Assembly: GCA_964057225.1 (NCBI GenBank)
Contig: OZ059900.1
Coordinates: 15,686,001 to 15,750,000, forward strand
Origin: Auanema rhodensis
Taxonomy: Eukaryota > Animalia > Nematoda
DNA length: 64,000 nt
Reading direction: 5' to 3'
In this document: positions 53,650-64,000 of the stretch, piece after piece
Numbering within the stretch: the first letter of the stretch is position 1
Layout: every line of letters begins with the position of its first letter
Notes under the pieces: model-generated
Seen by the model: the letters and a program-made list of their open reading frames with translations, nothing else
Database searches by the model: none
What the model was told of the DNA's origin: nothing
Made by a program: the position numbers and the translations under genes

Positions 53650-56600
53650 AAAATGAAGCATTTTACATGCTGAACACTAGAAAAATACAAAAACACAGTA
53701 TTTCCCATGAGAAATATTTTATTATGCTGGAAAACCAGTTTTTGGAAATTTCGCTGTAAACAAGGTTTTGACTTACGATTTCATGTGTTCAAACTCATGC
53801 AATGTCAATGAAACCTAGCTCAAAATTGTTCCTACAACGTCTAGTTCCACTTTCACGACAAAAAAACAGGGGTTAGAAAATTAAGGAAATTAGCATATTC
53901 TGAGGGCACGCCCCTTATGGCTAATATTGATTAAATCGATTTTTGTTCATATGAGTCGTCAAATGCAACGAATTTCAGCGTGTTACATACTTAAATGAAA
54001 CATTTTACATGCTGAACACTAGAAAAATACAAAAACACAGTATTTCCCATGAGAAATATTTTATTATGCTGGAAAACCAGTTTTTGGAAATTTCGCTGTA
54101 AACAAGGTTTTGACTTACGATTTCATGTGTTCAAACTCATGCAATGTCAATGAAACCTAGCTCAAAATTGTTCCTACAACGTCTAATTCCACTTTCACGA
54201 CAAAAAAACCGGGGTTAGAAAATTAAGGAAATTAGCATATTCTGAGGGCACGCCCCTTATGGCTAATATTGATTAAATCGATTTTTGTTCATATGAGTCG
54301 TCAAATGCAACGAATTTCAGCGTGTTACATACTAAAATGAAGCATTTCACATGCTGAACACTAGAAAAATACAAAAACACAGTATTTCCCATGAGAAATA
54401 TTTTATTATGCTGGAAAACCAGTTTTTGGAAATTTCGCTGTAAACAAGGTTTTGACTTACGATTTCATGTGTTCAAACTCATGCAATGTCAATGAAACCT
54501 AGCTCAAAATTGTTCCTACAACGTCTAGTTCCACTTTCACGACAAAAAAACAGGGGTTAGAAAATTAAGGAAATTAGCATATTCTGAGGGCACGCCCCTT
54601 ATGGCTAATATTGATTAAATCGATTTTTGTTCATATGAGTCGTCAAATGCAACGAATTTCATCGTGTTACATACTAAAATGAAGCATTTTACATGCTGAA
54701 CACTAGAAAAATACAAAAACACAGTATTTCTCATGAGAAATATTTTATTATGCTGGAAAACCAGTTTTTGGAAATTTCGCTGTAAACAAGGTTTTGACTT
54801 ACGATTTCATGTGTTCAAACTCATGCAATGTCAATGAAACCTAGCTCAAAATTGTTTGTACAACGTCTAGTTCCACTTTCACGACAAAAAAACAGGGGTT
54901 AGAAAATTAAGGAAATTAGCATATTCTGAGGGCACGCCCCTTATGGCTAATATTGATTAAATCGATTTTTGTTCATATGAGTAGTCAAATGCAACGAATT
55001 TCAGCGTGTTACATACTAAAATGAAGCATTTTACATGCTGAACACTAGAAAAATACAAAAACACAGTATTTCTCATGAGAAATATTTTATTATGCTGGAA
55101 AACCAGTTTTTGGAAATTTCGCTGTAAACAAGGTTTTGACTTACGATTTCATGTGTTCAAACTCATGCAATGTCAATGAAACCTAGCTCAAAATTGTTTG
55201 TACAACGTCTAGTTCCACTTTCACGACAAAAAAACAGGGGTTAGAAAATTAAGGAAATTAGCATATTCTGAGGGCACGCCCCTTATGGCTAATATTGATT
55301 AAATCGATTTTTGTTCATATGAGTAGTCAAATGCAACGAATTTCAGCGTGTTACATACTAAAATGAAGCATTTTACATGCTGAACACTAGAAAAATACAA
55401 AAACACAGTATTTCTCATGAGAAATATTTTATTATGCTGGAAAACCAGTTTTTGGAAATTTCGCTGTAAACAAGGTTTTGACTTACGATTTCATGTGTTC
55501 AAACTCATGCAATGTCAATGAAACCTAGCTCAAAATTGTTTGTACAACGTCTAGTTCCACTTTCACGACAAAAAAACAGGGGTTAGAAAATTAAGGAAAT
55601 TAGCATATTCTGAGGGCACGCCCCTTATGGCTAATATTGATTAAATCGATTTTTGTTCATATGAGTAGTCAAATGCAACGAATTTCAGCGTGTTACATAC
55701 TAAAATGAAGCATTTTACATGCTGAACACTAGAAAAATACAAAAACACAGTATTTCCCATGAGAAATATTTTATTATGCTGGAAAACCAGTTTTTGGAAA
55801 TTTCGCTGTAAACAAGGTTTTGACTTACGATTTCATGTGTTCAAACTCATGCAATGTCAATGAAACCTAGCTCAAAATTGTTCCTACAACGTCTAATTCC
55901 ACTTTCACGACAAAAAAACCGGGGTTAGAAAATTAAGGAAATTAGCATATTCTGAGGGCACGCCCCTTATGGCTAATATTGATTAAATCGATTTTTGTTC
56001 ATATGAGTCGTCAAATGCAATGAATTTCAGCGTGTTACATACTAAAATGAAGCATTTCACATGCTGAACACTAGAAAAATACAAAAACACAGTATTTCCC
56101 ATGAGAAATATTTTATTATGCTGGAAAACCAGTTTTTGGAAATTTCGCTGTAAACAAGGTTTTGACTTACGATTTCATGTGTTCAAACTCATGCAATGTC
56201 AATGAAACCTAGCTCAAAATTGTTCCTACAACGTCTAGTTCCACTTTCACGACAAAAAAACAGGGGTTAGAAAATTAAGGAAATTAGCATATTCTGAGGG
56301 CACGCCCCTTATGGCTAATATTGATTAAATCGATTTTTGTTCATATGAGTCGTCAAATGCAACGAATTTCAGCGTGTTACATACTAAAATGAAGCATTTT
56401 ACATGCTGAACACTAGAAAAATACAAAAACACAGTATTTCCCATGAGAAATATTTTATTATGCTGGAAAACCAGTTTTTGGAAATTTCGCTGTAAACAAG
56501 GTTTTGACTTACGATTTCATGTGTTCAAACTCATGCAATGTCAATGAAACCTAGCTCAAAATTGTTCCTACAACGTCTAGTTCCACTTTCACGACAAAAA

Positions 56601-59600
56601 AACAGGGGTTAGAAAATTAATGAAATTAGCATATTCTGAGGGCACGCCCCTTATGGCTAATATTGATTAAATCGATTTTTGTTCATATGAGTCGTCAAAT
56701 GCAACGAATTTCATCGTGTTACATACTAAAATGAAGCATTTTACATGCTGAACACTAGAAAAATACAAAAACACAGTATTTCTCATGAGAAATATTTTAT
56801 TATGCTGGAAAACCAGTTTTTGGAAATTTCGCTGTAAACAAGGTTTTGACTTACGATTTCATGTGTTCAAACTCATGCAATGTCAATGAAACCTAGCTCA
56901 AAATTGTTCCTACAACGTCTAGTTCCACTTTCACGACAAAAAAACAGGGGTTAGAAAATTAAGGAAATTAGCATATTCTGAGGGCACGCCCCTTATGGCT
57001 AATATTGATTAAATCGATTTTTGTTCATATGAGTCGTCAAATGCAACGAATTTCAGCGTGTTACATACTAAAATGAAGCATTTTACATGCTGAACACTAG
57101 AAAAATACAAAAACACAGTATTTCCCATGAGAAATATTTTATTATGCTGGAAAACCAGTTTTTGGAAATTTCGCTGTAAACAAGGTTTTGACTTACGATT
57201 TCATGTGTTCAAACTCATGCAATGTCAATGAAACCTAGCTCAAAATTGTTCCTACAACGTCTAATTCCACTTTCACGACAAAAAAACCGGGGTTAGAAAA
57301 TTAAGGAAATTAGCATATTCTGAGGGCACGCCCCTTATGGCTAATATTGATTAAATCGATTTTTGTTCATATGAGTAGTCAAATGCAACGAATTTCAGCG
57401 TGTTACATACTAAAATGAAGCATTTTACATGCTGAACACTAGAAAAATACAAAAACACAGTATTTCCCATGAGAAATATTTTATTATGCTGGAAAACCAG
57501 TTTTTGGAAATTTCGCTGTAAACAAGGTTTTGACTTACGATTTCATGTGTTCAAACTCATGCAATGTCAATGAAACCTAGCTCAAAATTGTTCCTACAAC
57601 GTCTAATTCCACTTTCACGACAAAAAAACCGGGGTTAGAAAATTAAGGAAATTAGCATATTCTGAGGGCACGCCCCTTATGGCTAATATTGATTAAATCG
57701 ATTTTTGTTCATATGAGTCGTCAAATGCAACGAATTTCAGCGTGTTACATACTAAAATGAAGCATTTTACATGCTGAACACTATAAAAATACAAAAACAC
57801 AGTATTTCCCATGAGAAATATTTTATTATGCTGGAAAACCAGTTTTTGGAAATTTCGCTGTAAACAAGGTTTTGACTTACGATTTCATGCGTTCAAACTC
57901 ATGCAATGTCAATGAAACCTAGCTCAAAATTGTTCCTACAACGTCTAATTCCACTTTCACGACAAAAAAACAGGGGTTAGAAAATTAAGGAAATTAGCAT
58001 ATTCTGAGGGCACGCCCCTTATGGCTAATATTGATTAAATCGATTTTTGTTCATATGAGTCGTCAAATGCAACGAATTTCAGCGTGTTACATACTAAAAT
58101 GAAGCATTTTACATGCTGAACACTAGAAAAATACAAAAACACAGTATTTCCCATGAGAAATATTTTATTATGCTGGAAAACCAGTTTTTGGAAATTTCGC
58201 TGTAAACAAGGTTTTGACTTACGATTTCATGTGTTCAAACTCATGCAATGTCAATGAAACCTAGCTCAAAATTGTTCCTACAACGTCTAGTTCCACTTTC
58301 ACGACAAAAAAACAGGGGTTAGAAAATTAAGGAAATTAGCATATTCTGAGGGCACGCCCCTTATGGCTAATATTGATTAAATCGATTTTTGTTCATATGA
58401 GTCGTCAAATGCAACGAATTTCAGCGTGTTACATACTTAAATGAAACATTTTACATGCTGAACACTAGAAAAATACAAAAACACAGTATTTCCCATGAGA
58501 AATATTTTATTATGCTGGAAAACCAGTTTTTGGAAATTTCGCTGTAAACAAGGTTTTGACTTACGATTTCATGTGTTCAAACTCATGCAATGTCAATGAA
58601 ACCTAGCTCAAAATTGTTCCTACAACGTCTAATTCCACTTTCACGACAAAAAAACCGGGGTTAGAAAATTAAGGAAATTAGCATATTCTGAGGGCACGCC
58701 CCTTATGGCTAATATTGATTAAATCGATTTTTGTTCATATGAGTCGTCAAATGCAACGAATTTCAGCGTGTTACATACTAAAATGAAGCATTTCACATGC
58801 TGAACACTAGAAAAATACAAAAACACAGTATTTCCCATGAGAAATATTTTATTATGCTGGAAAACCAGTTTTTGGAAATTTCGCTGTAAACAAGGTTTTG
58901 ACTTACGATTTCATGTGTTCAAACTCATGCAATGTCAATGAAACCTAGCTCAAAATTGTTCCTACAACGTCTAGTTCCACTTTCACGACAAAAAAACAGG
59001 GGTTAGAAAATTAAGGAAATTAGCATATTCTGAGGGCACGCCCCTTATGGCTAATATTGATTAAATCGATTTTTGTTCATATGAGTCGTCAAATGCAACG
59101 AATTTCATCGTGTTACATACTAAAATGAAGCATTTTACATGCTGAACACTAGAAAAATACAAAAACACAGTATTTCTCATGAGAAATATTTTATTATGCT
59201 GGAAAACCAGTTTTTGGAAATTTCGCTGTAAACAAGGTTTTGACTTACGATTTCATGTGTTCAAACTCATGCAATGTCAATGAAACCTAGCTCAAAATTG
59301 TTTGTACAACGTCTAGTTCCACTTTCACGACAAAAAAACAGGGGTTAGAAAATTAAGGAAATTAGCATATTCTGAGGGCACGCCCCTTATGGCTAATATT
59401 GATTAAATCGATTTTTGTTCATATGAGTAGTCAAATGCAACGAATTTCAGCGTGTTACATACTAAAATGAAGCATTTTACATGCTGAACACTAGAAAAAT
59501 ACAAAAACACAGTATTTCCCATGAGAAATATTTTATTATGCTGGAAAACCAGTTTTTGGAAATTTCGCTGTAAACAAGGTTTTGACTTACGATTTCATGT

Positions 59601-62500
59601 GTTCAAACTCATGCAATGTCAATGAAACCTAGCTCAAAATTGTTCCTACAACGTCTAATTCCACTTTCACGACAAAAAAACCGGGGTTAGAAAATTAAGG
59701 AAATTAGCATATTCTGAGGGCACGCCCCTTATGGCTAATATTGATTAAATCGATTTTTGTTCATATGAGTCGTCAAATGCAACGAATTTCAGCGTGTTAC
59801 ATACTAAAATGAAGCATTTCACATGCTGAACACTAGAAAAATACAAAAACACAGTATTTCCCATGAGAAATATTTTATTATGCTGGAAAACCAGTTTTTG
59901 GAAATTTCGCTGTAAACAAGGTTTTGACTTACGATTTCATGTGTTCAAACTCATGCAATGTCAATGAAACCTAGCTCAAAATTGTTCCTACAACGTCTAG
60001 TTCCACTTTCACGACAAAAAAACAGGGGTTAGAAAATTAAGGAAATTAGCATATTCTGAGGGCACGCCCCTTATGGCTAATATTGATTAAATCGATTTTT
60101 GTTCATATGAGTCGTCAAATGCAACGAATTTCAGCGTGTTACATACTAAAATGAAGCATTTTACATGCTGAACACTAGAAAAATACAAAAACACAGTATT
60201 TCCCATGAGAAATATTTTATTATGCTGGAAAACCAGTTTTTGGAAATTTCGCTGTAAACAAGGTTTTGACTTACGATTTCATGTGTTCAAACTCATGCAA
60301 TGTCAATGAAACCTAGCTCAAAATTGTTCCTACAACGTCTAGTTCCACTTTCACGACAAAAAAACAGGGGTTAGAAAATTAATGAAATTAGCATATTCTG
60401 AGGGCACGCCCCTTATGGCTAATATTGATTAAATCGATTTTTGTTCATATGAGTCGTCAAATGCAACGAATTTCATCGTGTTACATACTAAAATGAAGCA
60501 TTTTACATGCTGAACACTAGAAAAATACAAAAACACAGTATTTCTCATGAGAAATATTTTATTATGCTGGAAAACCAGTTTTTGGAAATTTCGCTGTAAA
60601 CAAGGTTTTGACTTACGATTTCATGTGTTCAAACTCATGCAATGTCAATGAAACCTAGCTCAAAATTGTTCCTACAACGTCTAGTTCCACTTTCACGACA
60701 AAAAAACAGGGGTTAGAAAATTAAGGAAATTAGCATATTCTGAGGGCACGCCCCTTATGGCTAATATTGATTAAATCGATTTTTGTTCATATGAGTCGTC
60801 AAATGCAACGAATTTCAGCGTGTTACATACTAAAATGAAGCATTTTACATGCTGAACACTAGAAAAATACAAAAACACAGTATTTCCCATGAGAAATATT
60901 TTATTATGCTGGAAAACCAGTTTTTGGAAATTTCGCTGTAAACAAGGTTTTGACTTACGATTTCATGTGTTCAAACTCATGCAATGTCAATGAAACCTAG
61001 CTCAAAATTGTTCCTACAACGTCTAATTCCACTTTCACGACAAAAAAACCGGGGTTAGAAAATTAAGGAAATTAGCATATTCTGAGGGCACGCCCCTTAT
61101 GGCTAATATTGATTAAATCGATTTTTGTTCATATGAGTCGTCAAATGCAACGAATTTCAGCGTGTTACATACTAAAATGAAGCATTTTACATGCTGAACA
61201 CTATAAAAATACAAAAACACAGTATTTCCCATGAGAAATATTTTATTATGCTGGAAAACCAGTTTTTGGAAATTTCGCTGTAAACAAGGTTTTGACTTAC
61301 GATTTCATGCGTTCAAACTCATGCAATGTCAATGAAACCTAGCTCAAAATTGTTCCTACAACGTCTAATTCCACTTTCACGACAAAAAAACAGGGGTTAG
61401 AAAATTAAGGAAATTAGCATATTCTGAGGGCACGCCCCTTATGGCTAATATTGATTAAATCGATTTTTGTTCATATGAGTCGTCAAATGCAACGAATTTC
61501 AGCGTGTTACATACTAAAATGAAGCATTTTACATGCTGAACACTAGAAAAATACAAAAACACAGTATTTCCCATGAGAAATATTTTATTATGCTGGAAAA
61601 CCAGTTTTTGGAAATTTCGCTGTAAACAAGGTTTTGACTTACGATTTCATGTGTTCAAACTCATGCAATGTCAATGAAACCTAGCTCAAAATTGTTCCTA
61701 CAACGTCTAGTTCCACTTTCACGACAAAAAAACAGGGGTTAGAAAATTAAGGAAATTAGCATATTCTGAGGGCACGCCCCTTATGGCTAATATTGATTAA
61801 ATCGATTTTTGTTCATATGAGTCGTCAAATGCAACGAATTTCAGCGTGTTACATACTTAAATGAAACATTTTACATGCTGAACACTAGAAAAATGCAAAA
61901 ACACAGTATTTCCCATGAGAAATATTTTATTATGCTGGAAAACCAGTTTTTGGAAATTTCGCTGTAAACAAGGTTTTGACTTACGATTTCATGTGTTCAA
62001 ACTCATGCAATGTCAATGAAACCTAGCTCAAAATTGTTCCTACAACGTCTAATTCCACTTTCACGACAAAAAAACCGGGGTTAGAAAATTAAGGAAATTA
62101 GCATATTCTGAGGGCACGCCCCTTATGGCTAATATTGATTAAATCGATTTTTGTTCATATGAGTCGTCAAATGCAACGAATTTCAGCGTGTTACATACTA
62201 AAATGAAGCATTTCACATGCTGAACACTAGAAAAATACAAAAACACAGTATTTCCCATGAGAAATATTTTATTATGCTGGAAAACCAGTTTTTGGAAATT
62301 TCGCTGTAAACAAGGTTTTGACTTACGATTTCATGTGTTCAAACTCATGCAATGTCAATGAAACCTAGCTCAAAATTGTTCCTACAACGTCTAGTTCCAC
62401 TTTCACGACAAAAAAACAGGGGTTAGAAAATTAAGGAAATTAGCATATTCTGAGGGCACGCCCCTTATGGCTAATATTGATTAAATCGATTTTTGTTCAT
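53650..62500 (-). repeat. Degenerate higher-order repeat of about 10 monomers (one 13-mer copy, one 10-mer copy, one partial copy)
   Basis: TACTTAAATGAAACATT at about 53988, 58434 and 61854 (spacings 4,446 = 13x342 and 3,420 = 10x342). CTATAAAA plus CATGCG at about 57781 and 61201. Confidence 0.75.
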
Positions 62501-64000
62501 ATGAGTAGTCAAATGCAACGAATTTCAGCGTGTTACATACTAAAATGAAGCATTTCACATGCTGAACACTAGAAAAATACAAAAACACAGTATTTCCCTT
62601 GAGAAATATTTTATTATGCTGGAAAACCAGTTTTTGGAAATTTCGCTGTAAACAAGGTTTTGACTTACGATTTCATGTGTTCAAACTCATGCAATGTCAA
62701 TGAAACCTAGCTCAAAATTGTTCCTACAACGTCTAGTTCCACTTTCACGACAAAAAAACAGGGGTTAGAAAATTAAGGAAATTAGCATATTCTGAGGGCA
62801 CGCCCCTTATGGCTAATATTGATTAAATCGATTTTTGTTCATATGAGTAGTCAAATGCAACGAATTTCATCGTGTTACATACTAAAATGAAGCATTTTAC
62901 ATGCTGAACACTGGAAAAATACAAAAACACAGTATTTCCCATGAGAAATATTTTATTATGCTGGAAAACCAGTTTTTGGAAATTTCGCTGTAAACAAGGT
63001 TTTGACTTACGATTTCATGTGTTCAAACTCATGCAATGTCAATGAAACCTAGCTCAAAATTGTTCCTACAACGTCTAGTTCCACTTTCACGACAAAAAAA
63101 CCGGGGTTAGAAAATTAAGGAAATTAGCATATTCTGAGGGCACGCCCCTTATGGCTAATATTGATTAAATCGATTTTTGTTCATATGAGTCGTCAAATGC
63201 AACGAATTTCAGCGTGTTACATACTAAAATGAAGCATTTTACATGCTGAACACTAGAAAAAAACAAAAACACAGTATTTCTCATGAGAAATATTTTATTA
63301 TGCTGGAAAACCAGTTTTTGGAAATTTCGCTGTAAACAAGGTTTTGACTTACGATTTCATGTGTTCAAAGTCATGCAATGTCAATGAAACCTAGCTCAAA
63401 ATTGTTTGTACAACGTCTAGTTCCACTTTCACGACAAAAAAACAGGGGTTAGAAAATTAAGGAAATTAGCATATTCTGAGGGCACGCCCCTTATGGCTAA
63501 TATTGATTAAATCGATTTTTGTTCATATGAGTAGTCAAATGCAACGAATTTCAGCGTGTTACATACTAAAATGAAGCATTTTACATGCTGAACACTAGAA
63601 AAATACAAAAACACAGTATTTCCCATGAGAAATATTTTATTATGCTGGAAAACCAGTTTTTGGAAATTTCGCTGTAAACAAGGTTTTGACTTACGATTTC
63701 ATGTGTTCAAACTCATGCAATGTCAATGAAACCTAGCTCAAAATTGTTCCTACAACGTCTAGTTCCACTTTCACGACAAAAAAACAGGGGTTAGAAAATT
63801 AAGGAAATTAGCATATTCTGAGGGCACGCCCCTTATGGCTAATATTGATTAAATCGATTTTTGTTCATATGAGTAGTCAAATGCAACGAATTTCAGCGTG
63901 TTACATACTAAAATGAAGCATTTTACATGCTGAACACTAGAAAAATACAAAAACACAGTATTTCCCATGAGAAATATTTTATTATGCTGGAAAACCAGTT

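Larger units (their letters stand above)
25817..64000 (-). repeat. Satellite array, right arm: about 112 monomers of the same 342 bp unit in inverted orientation; open at the window end
   Basis: The sequence is the reverse complement of the left-arm monomer (e.g. AGCATATTCTGAGGGCACGCCCCTTATGG vs CCATAAGGGGCGTGCCCTCAGAATATGCT), with the same 342 bp period. Confidence 0.99.

Noticed and set aside
1-64000. Repeat-encoded protein, since 342 is divisible by 3
   Set aside because: Manual translation finds stop codons in all six frames of the monomer, so no read-through ORF exists.
1-64000. CRISPR array
   Set aside because: There are no unique spacers; the whole 342 bp unit repeats and no cas genes are present.

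Overview
The whole 64 kb window is one AT-rich tandem satellite DNA array with a 342 bp monomer (about 34% GC by hand count of the first monomer, about 187 copies, only a few differences per copy). I see no genes, RNA genes, transposons or CRISPR arrays, and the monomer has a stop codon in all six frames. The pattern is typical of eukaryotic centromeric or pericentromeric heterochromatin, but I cannot assign a species or satellite family. The main structural event is a strand switch at about 25,800: about 75 monomers run on + (1-25,801), then about 112 run on - (about 25,817-64,000). The junction has a 47 bp deletion, microhomologies and a templated duplication of about 19 bp. The two arms carry different variant sets, so this is not a simple fold-back. 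Shared variants reveal nested duplications and incipient higher-order repeats (2-, 3-, 4-, 5-, 6- and about 10-mers, plus non-adjacent copies). The monomer is rich in dyad symmetries, and several recurrent variants turn imperfect palindromes into perfect ones. The sequence does not support a protein-coding system; its interest lies in satellite architecture and turnover.
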